DNA of 64,000 nt, taken from NCBI GenBank assembly GCA_037443805.1, contig JBBINQ010000008.1:3075-67074 (forward strand). The letters are read 5' to 3'. The position numbers were made by a program, and so were the translations under genes. Numbering within the stretch: the first letter of the stretch is position 1; the number at the start of each line of letters is the position of its first letter. The stretch is from a candidate division WOR-3 bacterium. GTDB lineage: Bacteria; Hydrothermota; Tepidihabitantia; SM23-42; JAOAFX01. Shown in pieces: positions 9,958-19,145 of the stretch. Below the pieces are notes generated by a model, which did not search any database, was not told where the DNA came from, and worked only from the letters and a program-made list of their open reading frames with translations.

Positions 9958-10518
9958 TTAGTAATTATTTTGTTCTAAGGGAACATAAACAAGTTTATCC
10001 GACTTGCGGAATCCCCTTTTCAATAAGATATCTCTTTCCTTCAGCAGGCAACTGCGGTTGTGCTTGATGGCGTCATCAAAATTACCTGTTAGCCAGGCAT
10101 TCATACAAGCCATACTATTATCATAAAATGGATCATCGTAATTTAAAATTTGCAGATCAATTACAACATCCTTTTTTCGTTCATACATAGCACTATTCAA
10201 TTCTCCTTCAAATTCAATTTTTTGGTTAAGAAAATAGAATAATACGCTTCTTTCAAAATTAGTGTTAAAAGCATAGTATGGCCTTTTCAATTTAGGCAAT
10301 AAGATTAAAATTTCCTTTTTTAATTCAGGGACTGAATCGTTATCCACTGCGCATAATATTTTTATTCGGCGATTATTTATTGTGCCAAAAATAAAGGGAA
10401 TAATGTTTATACAACGGCGCGAATCACGATACTGATTAAAAAAATAACCATAAGTTTCAAGGTCAATTATTGTGCCCTTGAAATCCGATGTTATTTCTTC
10501 GGTATATACTTTAACCAT
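9958..10518 (-). CDS. Small protein with DnaQ/Orn-like (DEDD-type) 3'-5' exonuclease motif I (IIDLETYG); candidate partner/effector of the upstream cyclase-STAND gene
   Basis: 186 aa. Motif I DLET near the N-terminus. Possible motif II FNTNFERSVL and motif III NFDDAI with substitutions. ATG overlaps the stop of the 1035-aa gene (ATGGTTAA). Confidence 0.45.
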   Translation of the reverse strand: MVKVYTEEITSDFKGTIIDLETYGYFFNQYRDSRRCINIIPFIFGTINNRRIKILCAVDNDSVPELKKEILILLPKLKRPYYAFNTNFERSVLFYFLNQKIEFEGELNSAMYERKKDVVIDLQILNYDDPFYDNSMACMNAWLTGNFDDAIKHNRSCLLKERDILLKRGFRKSDKLVYVPLEQNNY

Positions 10519-13500
10519 TGGTGTATTTTTTATACAGGGAGAGAAAACTCAGAGGGGATGTTTTCTTTTTTAAGGTCTTTTTATCTGGTATTATTGATAT
10601 CAGGTTCTGTTTTTTCAAAAATTTATATGCCTCTTCTTTTTTGCCTCGCGCGAGCAAGTAGATAAAATATTCATTACAAAATAAATTTTCTTTTCCCTTT
10701 ATAATTTTTTCAACATCTTCTAATTTACCATAGTATAACAGAAGTTTAAGATAACCAGCAGCATACAATTTTGTTGCGTTTGCCACCTCATCATGCAGTC
10801 TGGCAAAATATTGTGCGTTAGCCTTCTGATTTAGTAGTATATGAAGTTCAGTCAGCGCCAATAAAACAATGGATTCCCAGTAAGGAAAACTGATTGTCTG
10901 AAAATTTTTGAGGCTCTTTTTGAGGTAATTTTGGGCGATTTCAAAATTTCCTTTTAACATTTCAATCTGTCCAAGCCTTAAGAGTGCTGTCCCTTCATCA
11001 AATAAATCACCTTCTTTAACGAATTTGAGTGACTGGTGAAAATATTTTTCAGCCTTTAAATATTCCATTTTTTTAAAATAAATCCAGCCAATATTGTAGT
11101 AACTTCCTATTAAAGCCCCAAGATGATTCTTCTGCCGGGCAAGGACTAAAGATTTCCGATACTGTAACAGTGCCTCGTGGTTTTTCCCAATCATATCATA
11201 ATAGATGCCCCATAGTTCAGTTTTTAATAATTTTTCTTTAATATTTAATGGATATTTGTCCAGTGCCCTGAGAACTCTTTCCATCTTTGGATACTGATTA
11301 CTCCAGTCATATAATCCGGCAAGTGCAAATAACACTTCTTTTTTAATCGATTTAATCTTCTTGAGCTTCAATAGAATCTCCTCTGCATCGTAATAGTCTG
11401 ATACTTTTATCAAATACAGGGCATTAATAAAAGAACTTGTGTTTTTTGTCGGCGTATCATCATAACTACCCAAATTTTGTATTATTTTTGCAATTTCACT
11501 CTGAAATCCCTGGCTGTAAAGTTCATCAAATGTGTCAGCCCAGTATGGTAGTGCCCTATAAGAATTTCCTGCTTCAGTGAAATGCCTGGCGATTTCATAA
11601 GGACTCCTGCCTTCTTGCACAAAAATTTCGCCAATCTGTTTTTCATATTTTTTTCTGTGCGTATCAAGTAGTGAATCCAGTATTGCTTCACGAAATAAGG
11701 CATGCCTGAACTGGAATATGCGGTCATTCTTTAGAATTATGCCTTTATCAATGGTTGATTTAAAGTCTATATTTTTATTACTGAAGAATTTTTTAATGGT
11801 CTGGTCAGAGAATTCCATACCAATACAGGAACCGATTTCAAGGAGTTTTTTTGCACTGGAGGATAGATTATTGAACTTTGATAATAGAATGGAGTGTATA
11901 CTAAAAGGTAATGTGTGTGCATCATCACAGATAGAAAACTTTTTTCCTTTATTAATAATAAATTTTTTTTCCTGCAAATCTTTTATTATTTGTTCAAAAT
12001 AGAAAGGATTTCCCTGAGTACGTTCCTGCAGAAAATTGTAGAATTTTTTATCTGGTGGTGCACCCAGTGTTTCTTCAGCGAGATTCTTTAAATGCTCCGA
12101 AGATAAATTTGCACAACCTATTTTTTCTATTTTAAGCTTATCCGCAAATCTTTCACCTTCCTGCCTTGATGAGGCAATAATGATAAATGGTAGCGGCATC
12201 AAATCTTTTAATAACATAAATGATACATCATCTATCCATTGCAGGTCTTCAACAAAGATTATCAAGTTGGACTTTGTTTTGAATAACTTTTTTAATAATT
12301 CCAGCACTTTAATTTGAGGCAATTGTAGTGAACCATTAAGGTAATTCTTAAGTTCAGGAAATTCGCCTTCAGGAAAGTGTTTAAAAATCTCTTTTAATAA
12401 AAAGAGTGGTGAAGAAACAGGTAAGAGTGCTACTTCAATAACATTTTTCTGTTTTATCTTTTTCCTCAACTCATAGAGCAACCGTGATTTTCCAGTTCCC
12501 CCATCACCAATAAAGCATATACTTTTATTGTTTCTTATAAGACTTAAACCGGTCTTGAATTCTTTTGCCCTGCCCACAAATTTAAAACTGAACCGTGCAG
12601 GATTCAATACACCGGCAACTCTCTCCTGTGGAATATAAATTCCAATCTTTTCTTCTTTACCTTTTAATTTTGTAGCACCTACATATGTAAAATTAAATCT
12701 ATGTTTCAATACTTGTTGAATCTCTGCTGAGAGATATATACTATTTTCAGGTGCAAGTGCACATAATCGGGCAGCAATATTGACCGAATCGCCAAGTACT
12801 GCAAATTCTGTAAATTTTTTTGTTTTAATTTCTCCCGCAAATACAATCCCTGAACTGATTCCCATTTTAAATTTATGACCCTTGAATTCAGTTTTTAATC
12901 TATTGAAGATATCAATGCACATCTCTGCTTCTTTTCCTGAAGACTCAGGAAAACCGGCAATGAGCAGTGCCTGGAAACCATCAATGGTGGGAATCCATTT
13001 TAGTAACTTTATTTTGTCTTTCTGTTCACAGAAGAAAGAGCTTAGCAAATAGACCAGAGCAATATTTTGCGGGACTTTAAAAAACACAATATAAAGGGGT
13101 CTATGCGCAGGAGGATAATCCAGTTTCTGTGAGATACTCGGAAAGTCTGGAAGAGCAGTGCCTTTCTGCAGTGAGGCAGAAAGAATATCTATCTTTCCTG
13201 CAGGGGTCTTTTCTTCTAATAAATTCAGGTCATAGAGCACCTGACCATTAATAAGCAAGTCCTGATAATTATCCGATACCTGTAGCCAATCACCTTCAAT
13301 CAGTCCTGATACTGCAACAAATCGGGTCTTAAGGTTATTTTTCTTTAAGATTCTTAGATTTAGAAGTTCTTTACCCAGTATCTTTAATCTTTCTTTTTCA
13401 ATATTTCCTGGAAATATTGCATAAAAAGCATCACCAGCGAGTTTAAAAATCCTTCCCTGACAATTTAGAATTTTATTTTCTGCTTCTTTAAAAAAATTTG

Positions 13501-13618
13501 TAATTATTGCACTTAACTGCTCAGTACCTTTTTTTCCTTTTTTTGCCAGTTGTTCACTCAGTGTAGTAAAACCACCAATATCCTGGATTCCTATCCAGTA
13601 GTTACCTTTAAATTTCAT
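10511..13618 (-). CDS. Multidomain signalling ATPase: tandem class-III nucleotidyl cyclase homology domains + STAND (AAA_16) NTPase + TPR repeats
   Basis: CHD1 has IQDIGGFT/KLAGDAFYAIF. CHD2 has GISSGIVFAGEI...VLGDSVNIAARL. Walker A GDGGTGKS, Walker B IIFVEDLQWIDD. The C-terminal ~450 aa is TPR-like. Confidence 0.85.
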   Translation of the reverse strand: MKFKGNYWIGIQDIGGFTTLSEQLAKKGKKGTEQLSAIITNFFKEAENKILNCQGRIFKLAGDAFYAIFPGNIEKERLKILGKELLNLRILKKNNLKTRFVAVSGLIEGDWLQVSDNYQDLLINGQVLYDLNLLEEKTPAGKIDILSASLQKGTALPDFPSISQKLDYPPAHRPLYIVFFKVPQNIALVYLLSSFFCEQKDKIKLLKWIPTIDGFQALLIAGFPESSGKEAEMCIDIFNRLKTEFKGHKFKMGISSGIVFAGEIKTKKFTEFAVLGDSVNIAARLCALAPENSIYLSAEIQQVLKHRFNFTYVGATKLKGKEEKIGIYIPQERVAGVLNPARFSFKFVGRAKEFKTGLSLIRNNKSICFIGDGGTGKSRLLYELRKKIKQKNVIEVALLPVSSPLFLLKEIFKHFPEGEFPELKNYLNGSLQLPQIKVLELLKKLFKTKSNLIIFVEDLQWIDDVSFMLLKDLMPLPFIIIASSRQEGERFADKLKIEKIGCANLSSEHLKNLAEETLGAPPDKKFYNFLQERTQGNPFYFEQIIKDLQEKKFIINKGKKFSICDDAHTLPFSIHSILLSKFNNLSSSAKKLLEIGSCIGMEFSDQTIKKFFSNKNIDFKSTIDKGIILKNDRIFQFRHALFREAILDSLLDTHRKKYEKQIGEIFVQEGRSPYEIARHFTEAGNSYRALPYWADTFDELYSQGFQSEIAKIIQNLGSYDDTPTKNTSSFINALYLIKVSDYYDAEEILLKLKKIKSIKKEVLFALAGLYDWSNQYPKMERVLRALDKYPLNIKEKLLKTELWGIYYDMIGKNHEALLQYRKSLVLARQKNHLGALIGSYYNIGWIYFKKMEYLKAEKYFHQSLKFVKEGDLFDEGTALLRLGQIEMLKGNFEIAQNYLKKSLKNFQTISFPYWESIVLLALTELHILLNQKANAQYFARLHDEVANATKLYAAGYLKLLLYYGKLEDVEKIIKGKENLFCNEYFIYLLARGKKEEAYKFLKKQNLISIIPDKKTLKKKTSPLSFLSLYKKYTNG

Positions 13619-13652
13619 ATTTAAGGTTTCTGCCCCCCAGGGAAAATTTAAT

Positions 13653-13674
13653 TTGATTATAAGATTATAATCAA
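13653..13674. promoter_or_regulatory. Perfect 10-bp inverted repeat TTGATTATAA-GA-TTATAATCAA carrying two TATAAT boxes; candidate promoter/operator of the cyclase-STAND operon and terminator region of the upstream ACAD
   Basis: Lies ~35 nt upstream (minus strand) of the ATG at 13618; a G-rich RBS (GGGGGG) lies between. Confidence 0.45.
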
Positions 13675-14756
13675 ATGGTCAGAGAGGCAATCAATTCTTC
13701 TGTTTCAATATTTGAACTGCACAATACACGGGAGACCTGCGCATCCCTGAAATATCGCTCAACCGGATAGTCCTTCATATAACCATAGCCACCATAGACC
13801 TGGATGGCATTGGTTGTGATCTCTGCAACAGCCTGGTTACTGAAATACCGTGCAATCGCTGCACCACGAACATAGTCTTTACCACTATCTCTGATACTGG
13901 CTGAATCGTATAGCAATAACCGCATTGCCTCAATCTTTGTTGCCATATCCGCAATGAGCTCGCGCACCATACCAAAATTGATGATTGGTGTGCTAAACTG
14001 AACCCGTTCTTTTGCATATTTTATTGCATTCTCCATTGCTGCCTGGCAAATACCAAGATTAATTGCCGCAAATGCTAAATTTGCAAAGGATGTAATCTCT
14101 TTTAGAATTTCGTTTCCAGCATTAGGTATAAGGTTCTGCTTTGAGATTATACAGTTATCAAATTCCACCTGGGTAATGCCACTGGCATGCATTCCAATGA
14201 TATTATCTTTTTTATGCCTCTTCACATTAGCGTTATTCCCATCAATAACCAAACCATTCAATGTGCCATTGTTTTTTACAAAAGTCATAAATGGCCCATT
14301 GGCTACACCGTTCAATAAAATATGATTTTTGCCGTTAATTACAAAAGAATCAGTATTCTCTGATGCTTTGATTTCATTGGTTCCAACCTCAGCAAATCCA
14401 CCTATGATCTCACCTGTGGCCGCTCTGGGAAGATACAATTTTTTCTGTGCATCATTGCCAAACTTTGCGAGTGGATAAGAGAATAGAACATTATGGGTGG
14501 CAATGACCAGGGCAGTTGAAGGGCAGACTTTACTGACCTCTTCAAGGCAGACAAGTAATGAGATGGTATCAAGGGCACAACCACCAAAGGATTCAGGGAT
14601 TGCTCCTCCGAGAATACCCATTTCTGCAAGTCTTTTAATATTTTCAACCGGGAAGATACCCTGCTTGTCAAATTCATCAACCTTCTCTGCAATGACATCC
14701 TTTGCAAATTTTTTAATTTCATTCTGTAATAATATTATTTCTTTATTGAATTCCAT
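13671..14756 (-). CDS. Acyl-CoA dehydrogenase family protein
   Basis: 361 aa; ACAD N-terminal, middle and C-terminal domain signatures (...YGGYGYMKDYPVERYFRDAQV...). Confidence 0.85.
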   Translation of the reverse strand: MEFNKEIILLQNEIKKFAKDVIAEKVDEFDKQGIFPVENIKRLAEMGILGGAIPESFGGCALDTISLLVCLEEVSKVCPSTALVIATHNVLFSYPLAKFGNDAQKKLYLPRAATGEIIGGFAEVGTNEIKASENTDSFVINGKNHILLNGVANGPFMTFVKNNGTLNGLVIDGNNANVKRHKKDNIIGMHASGITQVEFDNCIISKQNLIPNAGNEILKEITSFANLAFAAINLGICQAAMENAIKYAKERVQFSTPIINFGMVRELIADMATKIEAMRLLLYDSASIRDSGKDYVRGAAIARYFSNQAVAEITTNAIQVYGGYGYMKDYPVERYFRDAQVSRVLCSSNIETEELIASLTI

Positions 14757-15904
14757 TATTCACTCCTTTTGTAGCCGATTTCACGGATTATTTCTAAGGC
14801 AATCTGGCCACGCTGAATCTGATTTGTGCCTTCGTATATCTGGGTAATCTTAGCATCCCGTAACATCTTTTCTACATTATATTCTCTTAAAACTCCATAA
14901 GGACCCATAATCTCAATCGCGGTAAGGGTTGATTTCATTGCGATATCTGAGGGAAATAATTTAGAAAATGATGCGGGCTTTGTAGTATTCTTTATGCCTG
15001 CATCAATTGACCGTGCAGCAGCATAGATCAATGCCCGGGCAGACTCAATTTCAGTTGCCATATCAGCAATCCGGCGTTGAATGTATTGATTGCCGAGCAG
15101 GTCTTTCTCCGCGCAAAATTTGAGCACTGATTCATAAGCACCCTGGGCAACACCGAGCCCTATTGCGCCAACACCCGGACGTGCACGGTCAAAATTCCGC
15201 ATTGTATAGATAAAACCCATACCTTCTTTTCCCATTAAATTCTCTTTCGGCACCTTGCAATCAGAAAAAACAAGTTCGGTCGTAATTGATGTCCTGATAC
15301 CGAGTTTATTTTCGTGCTTGCCAAATTCAAATCCAGGCATACCCTTTTCTACAATAAATGCGGAAATGCCCCTTGCCCCGCGTGATTTGTCAGTTGAGGC
15401 AAGAACAACATACACATCTGCAATACTACCATTAGAGATAAATTGCTTTACCCCATTTAAAATATAGTAGTCACCATCTTTGCGTGCGGTGGTCTGGATA
15501 TTTGCAACATCACTTCCTGCCTGGGCTTCAGTAAGACCAAAGGCGCATAATAGTTCACCACTGGCAATCTTTGGTAAATATTTTTTCTTCTGTTCTTCAG
15601 AGGCGAAATAGATAATCGGTCCTGAACCGAGTGCACCGACCGCATACGCTGTGGCTACGCCTGCACAGACACGGGCTACCTCTTCGCAGGCAATACTCAT
15701 ATCCATTATCCTTGCTCCTGTGCCACCATATTCTTTAGGAATGAAGATGCGCAGTAATCCTTGTTTAGCCATCAGTTCAATAATTTCGCGCGGAAACTCT
15801 GCTGTCTTATCCAGTTCATCACGTGCCGGCAGGATTATCTCTTCTGCTATCTTACGAACCTTTTCCTTTAATGCCTTTTCCTCATCATTTAAAAAATATT
15901 CCAT
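14756..15904 (-). CDS. Acyl-CoA dehydrogenase (short/branched-chain type)
   Basis: ACAD motifs (GSDVANIQTTA..., QIYEGTNQIQR). The start is moved to the second ATG, which follows a GGGAGG RBS at 5-nt spacing; the track ORF starts at 15925. Confidence 0.88.
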   Translation of the reverse strand: MEYFLNDEEKALKEKVRKIAEEIILPARDELDKTAEFPREIIELMAKQGLLRIFIPKEYGGTGARIMDMSIACEEVARVCAGVATAYAVGALGSGPIIYFASEEQKKKYLPKIASGELLCAFGLTEAQAGSDVANIQTTARKDGDYYILNGVKQFISNGSIADVYVVLASTDKSRGARGISAFIVEKGMPGFEFGKHENKLGIRTSITTELVFSDCKVPKENLMGKEGMGFIYTMRNFDRARPGVGAIGLGVAQGAYESVLKFCAEKDLLGNQYIQRRIADMATEIESARALIYAAARSIDAGIKNTTKPASFSKLFPSDIAMKSTLTAIEIMGPYGVLREYNVEKMLRDAKITQIYEGTNQIQRGQIALEIIREIGYKRSE

Positions 15905-16026
15905 ATACCTCCCTTTCTGTTCCATTAATCAAAAAGAAAATATATTTTAATAATTTTTAAATCAAAGTCAAGTAAGGGTTTATTTAGAATCTTGATTTTA
16001 TAAAAAAATGGGATAAAATTATTATT

Positions 16027-16371
16027 ATGAAGATAAAGAATATTAATGAGATAAACCCTGAATTGCCCCAGATGCAGGGCACAAAGGATACCACAATCCA
16101 ATGGCTCATAACAAAAAATGATGGTGCAATGCATTATGCAATGCGGGTATTTACGATTGAACCAGGAGGACAGATACCATTACATTCTCACAGTGATATG
16201 GAGCACGAAATATTTATTATTGAAGGTGAGGCGGTATTAAATACAGGAGAGGCAGAGATTCCCGTAAAAAAAGGAGATGCCCTATTGGTCTTACCCAAAG
16301 ACAAACATGGTTTTACAAATATTTCTACTACACCATTTAAATTTATCTGTGTAATACCCATTCTTAAATAA
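16027..16371 (+). CDS. Cupin-domain protein
   Basis: 114 aa; HSHSDMEHEIFIIEGEA...KGD cupin_2 metal-binding pattern. Confidence 0.75.
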   Translation: MKIKNINEINPELPQMQGTKDTTIQWLITKNDGAMHYAMRVFTIEPGGQIPLHSHSDMEHEIFIIEGEAVLNTGEAEIPVKKGDALLVLPKDKHGFTNISTTPFKFICVIPILK

Positions 16372-16377
16372 TCAGAT

Positions 16378-17517
16378 GTGAGTAAATTTGATATTATTGT
16401 TGTCGGTGCTGGACCTGCGGGTAGCAGTGCAGCACTGAGTGCAGTAAAAGAGGGTGTATCAGTTCTGCTCCTTGAAGAGCATCCAATAATTGGTATCCCC
16501 TTGCAATGTGCTGAAGGTTTATCCCGCAGCACAATAAAGAACTATCTTGAAATCAAACCCGAGTGGACTTCAGTAAATCTTACTGGTTCAGTTGTACGTG
16601 GTCCAACTGGTGAAGAATTCAAGATTGAATATCCGAATGTAGGCTGGGTTTTGAATAGAAAAATCTTTGATGCAGAGATTGCAAAGATGGCAGTAGAGAA
16701 AGGTGCGGTGCTCAAGACAAATTCAAAGGTGATTGGAATAGAAAACAGTAATGTTATTGTAAAAGAAGATAATACAATAAAAAAATATCAATACAAATTT
16801 CTCATCGGTGCAGATGGTATGGGTTCTAAGGTAGGCAATTGGATGGGCATTGATACAAGATTGGGATTAAATGAGATTGAAATTTGTGCTGAATATCTGA
16901 TTGAAAATATAAAAATTTTACCCAATTATACATATCTCATATTTGATGAAAAGATTGCACCAGGTGGTTATGCCTGGATATTTCCCAAATCAGATTCTTC
17001 AGCAAATGTTGGTCTGGGGATCTCTCCGCTGAAAACAAAAAAAAGGGCAAAAGATTATCTTAATGAATGGATAAAGAATGAATTTCCTGAAGGAATAGTC
17101 AAAGAAAAGATTTTTGGTGGTGTGCCAGCAAAGGTTTTGAAAAGATTTTCTGGCAAAAATTTCTTTCTGGTTGGTGATGCAGCAAGATTTACTGATCCAT
17201 TAAGCGGTGCAGGTATTGCCAATGGCATTAAATCCGGGATTATCGCGGGTAGAAATGCAGTTTTAAGACTGAAGCGCAAAAAAGATTTTTTTGAAAAAGA
17301 GATTGAAAAAGAGATTCTTGAAGAGATTAAGTTCCACAAAAAAGTGAGGGATATTTATTTAAAACTTGATGAACAGGATTATAGAAAAATTTTCCAGCTC
17401 GGGAAAAAATTCTTTGCAGATAAAACCATAAATGATATTAATACCCGCGCACTGGTCAGGGAAGTAATTATAAACTTGCCCTATCTTCTGCCTCTTACCC
17501 TGCGTATATTGTTCTGA
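16378..17517 (+). CDS. Geranylgeranyl reductase-family FAD-dependent oxidoreductase
   Basis: GTG start; DIIVVGAGPAGSSAA Rossmann FAD motif; GDAAxxxxPxxGxG C-terminal motif. Confidence 0.8.
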   Translation: MSKFDIIVVGAGPAGSSAALSAVKEGVSVLLLEEHPIIGIPLQCAEGLSRSTIKNYLEIKPEWTSVNLTGSVVRGPTGEEFKIEYPNVGWVLNRKIFDAEIAKMAVEKGAVLKTNSKVIGIENSNVIVKEDNTIKKYQYKFLIGADGMGSKVGNWMGIDTRLGLNEIEICAEYLIENIKILPNYTYLIFDEKIAPGGYAWIFPKSDSSANVGLGISPLKTKKRAKDYLNEWIKNEFPEGIVKEKIFGGVPAKVLKRFSGKNFFLVGDAARFTDPLSGAGIANGIKSGIIAGRNAVLRLKRKKDFFEKEIEKEILEEIKFHKKVRDIYLKLDEQDYRKIFQLGKKFFADKTINDINTRALVREVIINLPYLLPLTLRILF

Positions 17518-17536
17518 TACTAAATCCTCTGTAGCA

Positions 17537-17977
17537 CTATTTCAGGGAAATATTTACCGGATAACTTATCTCACCAATAACTGTTTTGATATATGCCTTT
17601 GCCTTGATGCTATAGGATGCACTCTTTAATCGCAATGCCTCAACAATAGCCTGTCCAATCTTTGTATACTCAAGTGAAATGGTTGTAGTAAAATTTTCAG
17701 ATTTGCCTGCCTGCACTTTCAATCCTTTTCCTGTGGTTCCAGAAAATACATCGGTCTGGTTCGCATAGAATGTATAATCAAGTCTATCAAGGACCGCATC
17801 TATATCATTTGGATTCTGCACCTTCAATGTAAAATCAACCTTTACATCTGAGAATGTGAAGTCATAAGGATTTGCTGAGAGAAAGGTAAACTTGCATTCT
17901 TTTATTGCCAGACGTTCTTTTATGGCAGAGCAAGAAGCAATAAGAATGATTGAGCATATAATTATTATTTTATTCAT
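17537..17977 (-). CDS. LEA14/WHy-domain lipoprotein
   Basis: 146 aa; signal peptide with lipobox (LIASCS); WHy-like beta-sandwich pattern. Confidence 0.6.
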   Translation of the reverse strand: MNKIIIICSIILIASCSAIKERLAIKECKFTFLSANPYDFTFSDVKVDFTLKVQNPNDIDAVLDRLDYTFYANQTDVFSGTTGKGLKVQAGKSENFTTTISLEYTKIGQAIVEALRLKSASYSIKAKAYIKTVIGEISYPVNISLK

Positions 17978-18137
17978 AAAAGATTATATTCAAAACTATT
18001 GATAAATCAAGGATGGTTATAGGGCGTGGTTTATGGTCAGGGCAATAATACACGACCAAAGAATTTTCGGCCAACCCCAAGGATTGTTCCGTGCCCAGCT
18101 GTAGTTGCCCGATTTATCGGGCAGAAATTTTTTAATC

Positions 18138-18171
18138 TAAAAAATAAAAAAGGGGAGCATTGCTCCCCTTT
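18138..18171 (-). terminator. Rho-independent terminator (GGGGAGC-ATT-GCTCCCC, then a U-run on the minus strand)
   Basis: 7-bp GC-rich stem at 18152-18168 flanked by A/T runs; directly downstream of the 18189-18932 gene. Confidence 0.75.
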
Positions 18172-18188
18172 AGTAAAGAACAAAATAT

Positions 18189-18932
18189 TTATGCTGCTGG
18201 TTTTGCAAGCTTGAAGTAGTGTTTTACTTTCCAACCCTCACTCAAGAGAATGAAGTATCCATCATAACCCTCTGGGTCTGGCTCAGCAAAGAATTCATAC
18301 TTTACAAAGATGGTCTGGTCAAACTTTGCCCAGTTCTCTTCGGTTGTGCCTGAACCATCTTCAGCAAAACGGAACTGAGCAGATAGCCTAATATCTGATG
18401 AAGTCGTAATATCAATTGCTGCCTGTTCAGTGATTGTGCTATTATCAAATGTGTATCTGTACCAGGTGGTATTCCAGTTCCATTTAAAATCACCTGTGAC
18501 ATGGGTTGTATCAGGAATTCCAACTACTGCATGGAACCAGATGTCTCTGTTATCCGCAAGCAAGCCAATGTCCATCTGGGTAATGGTGCTATCCTGATAA
18601 AGGGTATCCCAGATATCAGGTGTGAACATAAGATAGATATGGCCTGAATCAATGGTTACACCCTGGCTATCAACCGGGAATTTAATGGTCCAGCGATAGT
18701 ATAAATCTGCCCATTCATCAGGGACATCAAAAGTATCCGGTCCTTCCCACAGTGGTGGTGCATTCAAGAATGAATTGCTGTATGCATCAACATCGGTCAT
18801 AATGCCGAGCATGGTCAAGCCCTGAACAAGATTCTGTGCCTCATACAGTTCGTTCTCATCAGTTTTTTTACCGCATCCAACAAACAATAACGCCAGCAAC
18901 ATAATCCCTGCAACAACGAGTTTTGGCTTCAT
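18189..18932 (-). CDS. Secreted lipoprotein, function unknown
   Basis: 247 aa; signal peptide and lipobox (LLFVGCGKK). Confidence 0.6.
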   Translation of the reverse strand: MKPKLVVAGIMLLALLFVGCGKKTDENELYEAQNLVQGLTMLGIMTDVDAYSNSFLNAPPLWEGPDTFDVPDEWADLYYRWTIKFPVDSQGVTIDSGHIYLMFTPDIWDTLYQDSTITQMDIGLLADNRDIWFHAVVGIPDTTHVTGDFKWNWNTTWYRYTFDNSTITEQAAIDITTSSDIRLSAQFRFAEDGSGTTEENWAKFDQTIFVKYEFFAEPDPEGYDGYFILLSEGWKVKHYFKLAKPAA

Positions 18933-19089
18933 ATTACCTCCTTTTTCTATTATATATTATAATCCAAATTACTCGTCTGTCAATACCTAAATGCAAATTT
19001 TGTGCCAGGAATAGAAAAGAAAAATATATGAAAAATAATGAGTTTAATTGCATTAGATTCCCATTGTATTATAAAAAAGTGCAACTATT

Positions 19090-19129
19090 TAAAAAAAAGA
19101 TAACAGAAGGGGCAAAAATGCCCCTTCTG
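19090..19129 (-). terminator. Rho-independent terminator (11-bp stem CAGAAGGGGCA/TGCCCCTTCTG, loop AAAA, then an 8-U run)
   Basis: Perfect hairpin at 19104-19129 followed on the minus strand by TTTTTTTT; downstream of the T9SS-CTD gene. Confidence 0.85.
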
Positions 19130-19145
19130 TTTCTGTTCTGATGAA

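Noticed and set aside
9861-10067. 68-aa + strand ORF in the AT-rich gap overlapping the 3' end of the exonuclease-like gene
   Set aside because: No RBS and low-complexity AT-rich sequence; it overlaps the convergent gene end.
10511-13618. Interpreting the N-terminus as two independent, fully active cyclase domains
   Set aside because: Each CHD appears to lack part of the catalytic set. A complementary pseudo-heterodimer or a single CHD with a long insertion are both possible, so this is stated as inference only.
15905-15925. Upstream ATG start for the second acyl-CoA dehydrogenase (track start 15925)
   Set aside because: The second ATG at 15904 is preceded by a perfect GGGAGG at optimal spacing, so the first ATG would place the RBS inside the coding sequence.
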